Positions 1 through 11,339 of a DNA stretch of 64,000 bases are shown piece after piece (position 1 is the first letter of the stretch; the number at the start of each line of letters is the position of its first letter). The notes under the pieces are model-generated. The model searched no databases. It had not been told where the DNA came from and was given only the letters and a program-made list of their open reading frames with translations. The DNA comes from Anthoceros angustus (Eukaryota; Plantae; Anthocerotophyta), in the NCBI GenBank assembly GCA_010909165.1, contig MU008166.1, positions 1,116,001-1,180,000 on the forward strand, written 5' to 3'. Position numbers and translations under genes: made by a program.

Positions 1-36
1 GCTTCATCCAAATGCCAAGTACTTGGGGATGAAGCA

Positions 37-680
37 TTGGCGTGCTATCGCGAGCAGGCGGCGGTTGTTGGCGGCGGAGGACCGGTGAGTAGCAGTTCAA
101 GCTCGAAGGAACGGTCGACGGAGCGGTGGCACCGAGTGGGCACGATCCCATCGAAGAGATGTTTGACATCTTCCGGGGAGTTTCCTGCACGGATGAGAAG
201 ATCTCCGGTGACACACTTCAAGATGAAGTCAGGCGAGGCTGAAGATGGCTTATCGAAGAATCGACCGGTTGATGCGTGACACCAAGATCATGAGTGACCG
301 GTGCGTACTTGCAGGCATTGCCATATGCGCTGCGCAGGAAGGTGCAACAAGCGGTGCACAGCACGAAGGAGCAACATTACACTCTCAAGGAAGTGTACGA
401 GATGGCTGACAAGATAGGGCCCGCTGATAATTTCTCTCGTGCTGTTGCAAGTGATTACTCCGGCACAAGTAGGAGTGGTGGACGACATGACCGACGCGGA
501 GGTTAGAGTGGAGGAGCTCGGCGAGACAAGTCAGCCCACACAGCCCAAGTGACGAGCCCCTGCGTGAGGTGCCGAGGGACGGACCATTCCCCTCATGAGT
601 GCGAGCATGCATTCGGAGGAGTCAAGGGTGAGGAGCCATGCCCTAGGTGTGGGAGGTACGGGCACAATGAAGCGGCATGT
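37..680 (+). pseudogene. gag: gag with two CX2CX4HX4C zinc knuckles
   Basis: AYLQALPYALRRKV gag-like segment. Knuckles CVRCRGTDHSPHEC (561-602) and CPRCGRYGHNEAAC (639-680). Confidence 0.8.
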
Positions 681-1399
681 TGGGAGAAGCATCCGAATTG
701 CGGCCTACGGGTTATCGGCAACCCGGCCAATGCATCTCAACCTCATCCACAAAATCGAAGAGCAAAGGCGCCGTGGAGGAGGCCGAGTCCGTGGACAAAG
801 CGGGAAGCATCAAAGAAGGCGATGGACAGCTACGTGGCACGCAAAGCTGGAGAAGTTGGAAGGCGAAGATCAAGGAGAGCGGTTCATCATCGAGGACGAA
901 GAAGATGAGCACAAGCTTGGATACATGGCGTGACCGGATCCAAGGGCAGGGAAGAAACCTCGCTACGAGAGAAGATAGCTCGGAGGAAGAGGATGTCTTG
1001 ACACCGGTCACGGAAGACACGGAAGGAAGCTTGGGGATCCTCTTCCGAACCTATGCCAAGATGCCAAAGTCGTTTGAGCCATTGCCAGGGGAACAGCGAG
1101 CAACATCAAAGTCCAGTGGGCGATGTGGAGAAACCCATGCAGATTCTTGGGAGCGATGGCACAAAAGCTTGGAGATGCCATGTTTGACCTACAAGACATG
1201 GGGTTGAGCGTGAAGGAAGTCGGGGTTTGACTCGGCGGATGTTGACAACCCTTGAAGACGAAGCAAGTGTCGACAATGTGCCTGGTGGCAATGATGTCAT
1301 TGACCTCGCCAAGCATCTCGTGGAGAAGCGGAATCTTTGCAGTGGGAGTGGCTTTGGTCAACAATCGGAGAGGCACATTGAAATCAATGGATTCGCACC

Positions 1400-1720
1400 A
1401 AGGAGGTGTTGATTGACAGAACGGTGATCGTTGGAAGAAGAGTGAAGGAAGCGTTGGGTCTCCACCAAGAAAGGTTGAAGGAAACCAAGTGGAAGATCCG
1501 GGCGGGGGACCACGGAGCATGTGTTGGGGTGACAAGGTACAAGCTGAAGGTTTCATTCAAACCAAACGGCTCAGACACCGGTACCTTTGCGTCAGATCGA
1601 CACTTTTGATGTCTTCTTTGGGAGCGGACGCTTTGTACAAACACAGAGTCATGGTGGATTTGTGGACGGAGCAGTCTACTATCGACCGGTGGAGAAAAAG
1701 AACCATGAGCATTGCCCGCA
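1400..1720 (+). pseudogene. retroviral-type aspartic protease (frameshifted)
   Basis: VLID(T)G-like N-terminal motif near 1405 and FFGADAL second motif near 1615, with spacing typical of a retropepsin. Confidence 0.65.
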
Positions 1721-2070
1721 TCCTCTCTGCATGGCAAGGATCATGAGAACCTCATTGCCAGCGTCTACCCGGTGTTTGGCGCCGTAGTGAAGGACACGCC
1801 ATACGTGCTTGAACCTCTTGGCGTGTGTCTAACAACGCCGACGATGGAGGATTTCGAGGAGGAGGACAAGCTAGGGTTGCAACCACCCTCGGAGGAGGTT
1901 CTTCAAGTCGGACGGAGTGGTGATGCAGCAATGAGCCGTGCAAAAGGTGGAGGATGGTGCAAGAGGACCCGGTGTCCTATGAGCCGGAGAACTGCTGTAA
2001 GTTCTTGCCTAGGGTTGAGCCTGTTTGTGACCTAAACACCCAGGTCATCACATGGCGACCTCGGGAAGGC

Positions 2071-2835
2071 GGCATAGTGCTTGTGGAACTCTTTGGAGGC
2101 ATCAATACCGACTTGGAAGCAGTGCTAAAGTGTGGCATCAAAGTGCGAAGATACGTGCATTGTGCCCCGGATCCAAAAGCAAGAATTGTGTCGAGCGTAA
2201 GAGACTTGATGGGGAGTACCTAACCTCGGCGTGGGAGTCGGTGAAGGGTTACCGGAGGCCGATGGATGTTCGCATGATAGGGTTGTCCCATTTGAGTTGT
2301 CTTGGGCAACCGGTGGACCTTGTCATCGCAGTTGGGAGTGTCAAGGACTATCCTCTGCAGGCAAGGGTCAAGGTCTCAAGGATCCGACATTGTTCTATGA
2401 CCGATGAGGATCTTGCGCTTGATCCGAAAGGGCAAGAAAGGCCTTGTGGATACATGTTGGAGAATGTGCCATGCATGAGCGTGAAGAAGCAAGTTCGGAG
2501 GACTTTGCCACGATCCGAGGAGTGTTGGGTCGAGCTTCTATTGGATGCGCTCAATTTGGTTCGAGGGCTCATAGGTTGAGGTCCATGTGGACTAACCTTG
2601 CTCCCTTGGAACATTTGAAGTGTGCGAGGTCGTTCACCAAGCGACCTAATCATGTTGTCAAGGATGTGCTAGCATCGGAAGGCATGCCCAACAAGTCATC
2701 AAGAGGGCCGCACTTCCTGAACACGCTGGACACCCCATGGCGGCAACCTTTGTGTCTAAGTCCAAGTCTTACGCCTTCAGAACCATGGCCCGGCGTTGTG
2801 GTGGACGGACATGGCGAGGCCTTGGGAGAGCCAAC
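2071..2835 (+). pseudogene. C5 cytosine DNA methyltransferase domain, copy 1 (motifs I-VIII, truncated before IX-X)
   Basis: Motif I IVLVELFGGI (2071-2103). Motif IV DLVIA(G)WECQGLSSAG after a 1-nt frameshift (Cys TGT 2339-2341). Motif VI MLENV (2460-2468). Motif VIII AHRLRSMWTNL (~2570-2599). Confidence 0.85.
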
Positions 2836-4119
2836 GAGAAAATATAACTCTTGTCAACAGTCCAAGCACTTCATCAAAGCTGAATCGGGTGAAACAAAGA
2901 CGGCAGCAACATCATGTGAGGCGATCCGAAACAATAAGACCACCACACATCAAGACAGAACAAAAAAAACAGGACAGAATGACAAGAAAAAGATAGGTAC
3001 GGAACACGGAAGAACAACGGAAGAACAACCAAAAAACACAAGGACGGAACCACCAAATAATTAAATGCGAAGAAGAACCCGGAAGAACATCCGGACACCA
3101 CAAAGAATCGGACAACTCATTAAAAACTAAGTGCGATCGTTGAATGGAAGGCAATACCTTTATGAGTTTGCCCAATAACGACGAATATATTTCAACAACC
3201 CCTGAACCTGCATGACAACACGAGTAAGATAACAATCATTCAAGATAACAACGAGTAAGATAACAAACATTCAAACACAAACTACCGTGAAAAGAGACTT
3301 ACCTCGTTGGGAGGATTCAAAACGTCCACAAACAAGTGATTGACAAAGTTCTTGATAAGTTTGCAAAAAATAAGCAGTGGTAAGAAGACAACCGCATTCA
3401 AATACCAAGCGGAATAGATCTACTAGCGGATCTAAAAAGGCGGTCTAAGTGTTCTACCCATTGACAAGAACTGGCGATATCACCGTTATAAACGACACAC
3501 ATAACATATTATATATCGATCAAAGAAGTTAACGGATGTGCTTAAAAAGAGGCTACATCAAACAAAAGCAAGGCGGTGGTCACACGGACATGTGGTACAC
3601 GAGACCGTAGAAAGCGAAGCTCTCTTACATTTGCTTGTTGTTTGTCCCAGACGGGACAAACAACAAGCAAACCAACTCTTGCTTCATGAACAAACATCGA
3701 CATTAAAGCACACAATAAATCAAAGACATTGACAGATGAAACACAAGAAGACGATCGATGCAGCTCACATCAGCCCGCGCATACATTGGTACATGGGTCT
3801 TGGCGTTTTCAAAAAGCAGTCGCGACGATGAGCGGCGCAACACTTACGAAGGGACAAAGACATAAGAAAAGAGCACTGAAGGACAGTACAAACTAAGAGC
3901 AGCGATAAGCCCGTTCTACGAAAGTAAGTAAAGGGGTCCGTTCAATAGGAAGCCTAGGACACCATAGGAAAGCAGTAAGGAACAACAAGATTGGCGGAGA
4001 CAGTGAGCATGATAAACGCGCAAGAAACCTTCAACGAACAACAACAAACAAGCACGTCTAACCTAAGAGCCCTCACAATCGCTTCCGATAAAGCTCCTAG
4101 ACCATAGGACTGGAACTTC
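2836..4119. repeat. 1.28-kb inserted copy of the A/C-rich block at 12903-14230
   Basis: Colinear high similarity to 12903-14230 (e.g. aatataactcttgtcaacagtccaagcacttc ... gataaagctcctagaccatag.actggaacttcttgcc). Confidence 0.9.
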
Positions 4120-4308
4120 TTGCCACCACCCTCGGAGGAGGTTCTTCAAGTCGGACGGAGTGGTGATGCAGCAATGAGCCGTGCAAAAGGCGGAGGATGG
4201 TGCAAGAGGACCCGGTGTCCTATGAGCCGGAGAACTGTGTTCTTGCCTAGGGTTGAGCCTGTTTGTGACCTAAACACCCCGGTCATCACATGGCGACCTC
4301 GGGAAGGC

Positions 4309-5200
4309 GGCATAGTGCTCGTGGAACTCTTTGGAGGCATCGATCGCTTGGCAGCGGTGCTAAAGTGTGGCATCAAAGTGCGAAGATACGTGCATTGTGA
4401 CCCGGATCCAAAAGCAAGGATTGTGTCGAGCGTAAGAGACTTGATGGGGAGTACCTAACCTCGGCGTGGGAGTCGGTGAAGGGTTACCGGAGGCCGATGG
4501 ATGTTCGCATGATAGGGTTGTCCCATTTGAGTTGTCTTGGGCAACCGGTGGACCTTGTCATCGCAGTTGGGAGTGTCAAGGACTATCCTCTGCAGGCAAG
4601 GGTCAAGGTCTCAAGGATCCGACATTGTTCTATGACCGATGAGGATCTTGCGCTTGATCCGAAAGGGCAAGAAAGGCCTTGTGGATACATGTTGGAGAAT
4701 GTGCCATGCATGAGCGTGAAGAAGCAAGTTCGGAGGACTTTGCCACGATCCGAGGAGTGTTGGGTCGAGCTTCTATTGGATGCGCTCAATTTGGTTCGAG
4801 GGCTCATAGGTTGAGGTCCATGTGGACTAACCTTGCTCCCTTGGAACATTTGAAGTGTGCGAGGTCGTTCACCAAGCGACCTAATCATGTTGTCAAGGAT
4901 GTGCTAGCATCGGAAGGCATGCCCAACAAGTCATCAAGAGGGCCGCACTTCCTGAACACGCTGGACACCCCATGGCGGCTTGGCCAACCTTTGTGTCCAA
5001 GTCCAAGTCTTACGCCTTCAGGAACCATGGCCCGGCGTTGTGGTGGACAGACATGGCGAGGCCTTGGGAGAGCCAACAGCCACAGAGAGGGAGTTGGCCA
5101 TGGGATTTGCTGCCGGAGCCACGAAGACACCGGGAGTGACCGAGAAGGAACGGTCGATTGCTTGGGCAAGCATTTGACGTGAACATGATGACTGGTTGTT
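4309..5200 (+). pseudogene. DNMT3-like C5 cytosine DNA methyltransferase domain, copy 2 (motifs I-X present, frameshifted)
   Basis: Same motifs as copy 1 (I 4309-4341; WEC 4568-4576; ENV 4695-4703; AHRLR..WTNL ~4805-4834). Also has the C-terminal TERELAMGF...ERSIALGQAF (5080-5177), matching DNMT3 EMERVFGF...RQRLLGRSW. Confidence 0.88.
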
Positions 5201-5349
5201 TAGCGGTGAGTCGCCAACTTCGAAACCAAGAAGGCGGGGTTGAAGCGGGTTCGGTGGGTGAAGGACATTCCAGCACTCGCATCTCAGGAGAAGGCGAGTT
5301 TGGAGGGCAAGGAGAGCGAGCACGTAGAGGAAGCGTGCAAGCCATCTGA

Positions 5350-7960
5350 GCCACCACATGAGTGGTTAACAGGCGTCGAGTTGAAGAGCAATCAACGGCG
5401 TCAGCTAAAGGAGTTGTTGGAGGCATCGCGACATGTGTTTGCTTTCACGCTTGCGGAGATGGGGAAGTACACCAAAGGGAAGTTCCACATAGAACTGACC
5501 ACGGATGAACCGTGTTCGCAGGAGGCACAGGCTCAGCAAGGTTGAGTGGGATTTGGTTGAGAATCGATGCCAAGAGCTTCTCAAGCTAGGGCTGATTCGA
5601 CGATCTAACTCGCAGACGCATGCGATGCTTCCGAACAAGAAGGATGAGAATGGATTGTGGACGGAGAGGAGAATGTGTGGTGACTATCGGCCGTTGAACG
5701 AGCGAATCCCACATGACCACTATCCCATGCCGTGAAGAGATCTTCGACACCATTGGGTCTGCCAAGTTCTTCTCAACATTGGACTTGAGGCTAGGGTTTC
5801 ACCAAGTAGAGATTGCCGAAGAAGACAAGAAGAAAACGGCGTTGGCGTAGATTGCTTATGAGTGGAATTACATGCCATTTGGGTTGAAGACATCGCCAAC
5901 GCAGTTCAAAGGTACATGGACAATGAGCTCAAGGACTTGCATTTCGCCAAGTGCTACATTGATGATGTCATCATCTTCAGCAATACCTTTGAGGAGCATC
6001 TACAACATCTTCGAGCAGTCTTTGCTAGACTGGCTGCTTGTGGGTTGAAGGCCCATCCAGAAGTGTCGATTGGAGAGGATAAGGTGTTGTACTTGGGTCA
6101 TTGGATCACGCGTGGATCTCGCCGCATGCCACCAAGGTGGAGGCAATCGCGCATTCCAGCCAAACGACATCTCAAGTTGAGGGCATTCTTGGGTTTGGCG
6201 TTACTACGGAAGTTCATTCCGCGGATGAGCGGATTGCGCGGCCATTGAATGACTTGTTGAAGAAGTTGGTGACTTGGCGTTGGACTCAAGAGGAGGAGTC
6301 TTTCATGGAGTTGAAGGGTAGACTCATGAGCTCGCCAATTCTTGGTCATCCAAACTTGATGGCCGTTCGTACTTTACGATTGGAGCAAGTACGGCATAGG
6401 CGTCTTGGCGCAGATCAATGACAAGGAAGAGGAACATGTCATTGCCTATGCCGTCGGAGCAACAACCGGAGTCCAACTACTCGCCTATGAAGGAGAATGT
6501 CTTGCGGTGTGGGCGTCGGACACTTTCGTCCGTACTTGTTTGGACATCAATTTCGACTAATCACCACCATCAACCTTGCATTGGTTGATGACGCCAAGCT
6601 TACGGAAAGGCGAGGTGGGCTCTCATTCTCCGTGAGTATGACTTTGTCATCGAACACTGAGCAGGTAGAGTTCACTCTAATGCTGATGGGTTGTCAAGGA
6701 ATCCTCTACCTCGTAACGAAGACACTACAGGGGCCAGGCAAGATTCAGATGACGAGCAACCGGCTGGGGGGGAGAGTAGTCCAGATACCATGTTGGCCAT
6801 GCTGCATGAGGATGCTGAAGACAGCCCTCCACTCATCGCTTTGTATGCAGAGTCCGTCAGGACATCGGGCGGATGCAATAGCGGTGACCTTCCTAAGGTC
6901 TGGGGAATTGCCACAAGGGCTTTCATCTCAGGAGCAGGCCAAGCTACGCGAGAAGGTGGCTCGGTACTATTGGAAGGAGGACATAATGTATGTCCGTGAT
7001 TCTGGGAGATAGAATTGTACCCAAGCCGGAGGATCGGGTGAGACTCATCACCCAGTGCATGAAGGCTTAGGGCATTTTGGTGCTAAGCGCACCTACATGC
7101 TCAGCCCACACACTTTGGGCAAGGATGTATGGAGATGTGGAAAGGGCGGTCGAGAATGTGTGCGATCGAGTGAAGGCAAGGTTCAGCCAATGATGTTGTG
7201 CTTCACTCTCTGATCCGAGGACTCTTCTACAATGGAGTGTGGATCTCATGCCGGACATGCCGAGGAGCGTCGAAACAAGCATGTCATGCTAATGGTGGAG
7301 CATTTCAGCAAGTGGTGCGAGGTTGCCATCTTACCCAAGCGTGACTCTCGGCTTACCAGTAAGGCGTTCTTGGCTTCCGTTCTTAGTCGATATGGAGCAT
7401 GCGAGGTTCTCACGACGGGCAAAGAATTCGTGGGGAATTTCAAGACTTGCTTGACAGAGCTTGATTGATCATCGACGTGCGTCGAGATCATCCTCAAGCC
7501 GATGGACTTCTGACGCTTGGTGCGGACCTTCAAGCGGCCTTGCGCAAATATTGTCTCACAAATGACCAAGACATGGGATGAAGGGATGCCATACCTAGTG
7601 CTAGTGCAGGTGAGCAATCAAGCGACCTTGAGCAATTTTTCACCATACTACTTGTTGTATGGGCGACAACCATTTTGCCAAACGTGAGGCAAGCAAGGCT
7701 ACAAGCACCGGTGGATTGGCGCAATGCGGATGATTGCCTACGAGACCGGAAAGGCGGGCGAGCTTTTCAACGGATCATGCCCATGGCAATGGAGAACCTT
7801 GCCATAGCGCACAGGATCAAGCTGCTATGCTTACACACGAGGAGGGACATGGAAACCCAAGGTGCGCAAGTTCGAAGTTGGAGATTATGTCTACCGCCGA
7901 AGCCGTGCAACACCTTGGAGGTATCCACCAGAGTCATCTTGCGGGTCGTGCGAGTAGGCA
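5350..7960 (+). pseudogene. pol: gypsy pol: reverse transcriptase, RNase H, integrase (frameshifted)
   Basis: RRMCGDYRPLN, LDL..GFHQ, MPFGL, CYIDDVIIFS (RT). AY..SR...E..Y...EGE and HFRPYLFG (RH). H..GHFG zinc-binding motif, VEHFSKWCEV and GKEF (INT). Confidence 0.9.
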
Positions 7961-8089
7961 AAGATGGAGTGCTTGAGCTCGAAGGATCCGATGGTCAAGA
8001 TGGAAGGATCACCTCAAGAACTGCGCACCATGCCACTTACCCAATTTGGACCCTCAACTACGGCCTACAATGTGGCGTCCACCCAAAGA

Positions 8090-8235
8090 CTTGGAGTGTC
8101 GTTTGTGGACGTCGATGATGATGATGTAATGCTTCTTTGTGATCGGTGCAATAGGGGATACCACATGTTTTGTGTTCAACCACCTCTTGACGACATTCCG
8201 AGGAAGATTGGTTTTGTGCACAATGCACTACATGA
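8090..8235 (+). CDS. PHD finger at the C-terminus of integrase
   Basis: With two small frameshifts it reads C..CGRRDDDDVMLLCDRCNRGYHMFCVQPPLDDIPEEDWFCAQC, a complete Cys4-His-Cys3 pattern. The stop codon lies just before the LTR. A partial second copy is at 9318-9423. Confidence 0.9.
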
Positions 8236-8243
8236 GGTGCGTA

Positions 8244-10140
8244 TGTAGTCCTACTAATGATAATGTTGACTTGGAGTCTCACATTATCGGGGATTGGTTT
8301 GCACCTATATACTGCGTATTAGATTTGTTTGCTTGGTTGTTGGTCGAGGAAGTGCTTATATGAATTCAAGTGCTTACCTCGTGCGGCATGTCGTCTTGTG
8401 ATACTAATCTGCACTTGGGTTTAGTGTTTGATTAGCATTAATTAATCTAATTACTTATCTTTAAGTAAGTAATTAGTGTTAATTAATCTAAAGTGCTTAT
8501 GTTAATTAAGCATTGATTAGTGTTAATTAATCTAATGTGCTTATGTTAATTAAGCATTGATTAGTGTTAATTAAACATGGTTAGCAATAGCTAAGTGGAT
8601 AAGCTCAAGTAATATGCTTTGGCATATTCCTTGCATATTATAGTGTATACAATAGCTAAGTGGATAAGCTCAAGTAATATGCTTTGGCATATTCCTTGCA
8701 TATTATAGTGTATTCTTAGGATATTTCGGCATATCTTTTGATGCCAATAGGATATCTTAGGAATATGCCGATGCGGTCTAGTATATAGACCCTTCCATTG
8801 AGACAAGCTCGGATCATAGCTTGTCCTCTGATATGCAAGAGCGTTGTGAGGAGGCCAAAGCTATGACTCAGGAGGCGATGTGTGAGGAATTTGCGTGTTG
8901 TTCGTGGGAGGTGTGTTTGTGCCCACGACCTGTTGATTGGTTTGCACCTATATACCTGCGTATTAGATTTGTTTGCTTGGTTGTTGGTCGAAGTGCTTAT
9001 ATGAATTCAAGTGCTTACCTGCGGCCATGTCGTCTTAATGTGATAATCTTGGGTTTAGTGTTTGATTAGCATTAATTAATCTAATTACTTATCTTTAAGT
9101 AAGTAATTAGTGTTAATTAATCTAAAGTGCTTATGTTAATTAAGCATTGATTAGTGTTAATTAATCTAAAGTGCTTATGTTAATTAAGCATTGATTAGTG
9201 TTAATTAAACATGGTTAGCAATAGCTAAGTGGATAAGCTCAAGTAATATGCTTTGGCATATTCCTTGCATATTATAGTGTATTCTTAGGATACAATAGCT
9301 AAGTGGATAAGCTCAAGTAATGCTTCTTTGTGATCGGTGCAATAGGGGATACCACATGTTTTGTGTTCAACCACCTCTTGACATTCCGAGGAAGATTGGT
9401 TTTGTGCACAATGCACTACATGAGGTGCGACGTATGTAGTCCTACTAATGATAATGTTGACTTGGAGTCTCACATTATCGGGGATTGGTTTGCACCTATA
9501 TACCCGTATTAGATTTGTTTGCTTGGTTGTTGGTCGAGGAAGTGCTTATATGAATTCAAGTTACCTCGCACCGTGCCCGTGTGATACTAATCTGCACTTG
9601 GGTTTAGTGTTTGATTAGCATTAATTAATCTAATTACTTATCTTTAAGTAAGTAATTAGTGTTAATTAATCTAAAGTGCTTATGTTAATTAAGCATTGAT
9701 TAGTGTTAATTAATCTAATGTGCTTATGTTAATTAAGCATTGATTAGTGTTAATTAAACATGGTTAGCAATAGCTAAGTGGATAAGCTCAAGTAATATGC
9801 TTTGGCATATTCCTTGCATATTATAGTGTATTCTTAGGATACAATAGCTAAGTGGATAAGCTCAAGTAATATGCTTTGGCATATTCCTTGCATATTATAG
9901 TGTATTCTTAGGATATTTCGCATATGCCAATAGGATATCTTAGGAATATGCCGATGCGTGGTCTAGTATATATAGACCCTTCCATTGAGGACAAGCTCGG
10001 ATCATAGCTTGTCCTCTAGATGCAATGCAAGAGGCTGAGGAGGCCAAAGCTATGACTCAGGAGGCGATGTGAGGAATTTGCGTGTTGTTCTCGTGGGAGG
10101 TGTGTTTGTGCTACGACCGAGCTACCTCCCTCATGTTACA
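8244..10140 (+). repeat. 3' LTR of the DNMT-gypsy in rearranged tandem copies (~8244-8930, ~8935-9317, 9435-10140)
   Basis: Repeated ~700-bp unit TGTAGTCCTACT...GTTACA with internal TTAATTAA-rich ~45-bp subrepeats. Confidence 0.75.
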
Positions 10141-10699
10141 CTGTATTAGATTTGTTTGCTGTCGTTGGTATGGCGCTTAAGGCTAGCCGTTACTCTCGCC
10201 GACAAATACCATAACAAAATCATCTTCCTGACACATCTCCTAAAACTCTCAATCTTTCAAACATATCAAGACACTCTGATCGTGGACCACTTCCGGATAA
10301 GGGGCAATAAGAATGGAAAACTCATCAACCCCGGATAGCATGGCGGGACAATCGTTGCCTGAAACCATACACACATACGATGCGGAGATATGTCTTAGCG
10401 TCAAGACCATAGTGTCATTAGTGATCAAAGGCTCATTTTCACCAACAAAATCGACTCCTCTCAAGAATGTGAGGGCGTAGTTAGTGATTTCGAGATAAAG
10501 ACCCCTCCACCAAAGGCGGGCGAGTGTCCAATCTTCTTCTTTGAGCAAACCAGACCGGCCGAAAGCATTATTTTAGAAGAAAATCGCCTTGGCAATTTTG
10601 GACCTTCAGAACCAAATACATCGTTCCCTCACTATGGACAAGAACGCCATCGATTTTACCGTCATCATTGAGAGGATGAGTTGCAAGTATCTAATGGCA

Positions 10700-11300
10700 G
10701 ACTTGATTTCGTTGTCTTGTAAAGGGCTTTGACAGTGCATTTCGCACATATAGGCCTTGAGTACCAATGTGTGTATTTAGGCGATGACTTTGGTCTCACA
10801 GCATAGGCGATTGATCTTCATCCATGGGTCAAGCTAATCCTGCGATGTACGTGCCGCAATGACCGAGAACTTAATCTCGGTTAGAAGGCTCAATCACGAT
10901 AACCATAGCCATATTACATTTGTTCGGAGAATGCGGGTAATAGATGCAAATGATCATAGAAAGATACTTGCCTATGGATCATCGATCATGACTTGTTCCG
11001 TCTTCATACTAAGAGTGGAGTAGAGTCTCACTCTATCTGAGGCACATCGATAGCCTCTGCTGTGATTGCAAAAGTAAGTTGTGGCATGCTAGACTAGGTC
11101 ACCCTCATAGCACAAAACTTGATTAGCGCTAGTGACCTCTACAAAGATGGACCCTTGGGCGATCAGTTGCCTTACCACTCTGTGAAGCTTGTGTGCTTTC
11201 AAGCGACACCAAGCGCCTTTAGGAATCGGGCACCTTATCGTGCTAAAGATATCCTTGAACTTGTACACAGACACTGTGGTCCTCTTTCTCAAGAGTCCAG
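10700..11300 (+). pseudogene. Ty1/copia fragment (protease end, GAG-pre-integrase, integrase start)
   Basis: Colinear with 20300-20905 of the copia element (LWHARLGH region, APYRAKDILELVH). Confidence 0.85.
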
Positions 11301-11339
11301 AGATGGGTTTTCTTTTGGAGCCATCATGAGGAAAACCAA

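Larger units (their letters stand above)
1..10140 (+). mobile_element. Ty3/gypsy LTR retrotransposon (5' end outside window) carrying DNMT and PHD domains; frameshifted
   Basis: Domain order gag - 2x CCHC knuckle - aspartic protease - C5 DNA methyltransferase - RT (YIDD) - RNase H - integrase - PHD, then a 3' LTR starting TGTAGT (8244/9435) and ending GTTACA (10140). RT-RH-INT order is gypsy-type. Confidence 0.9.
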
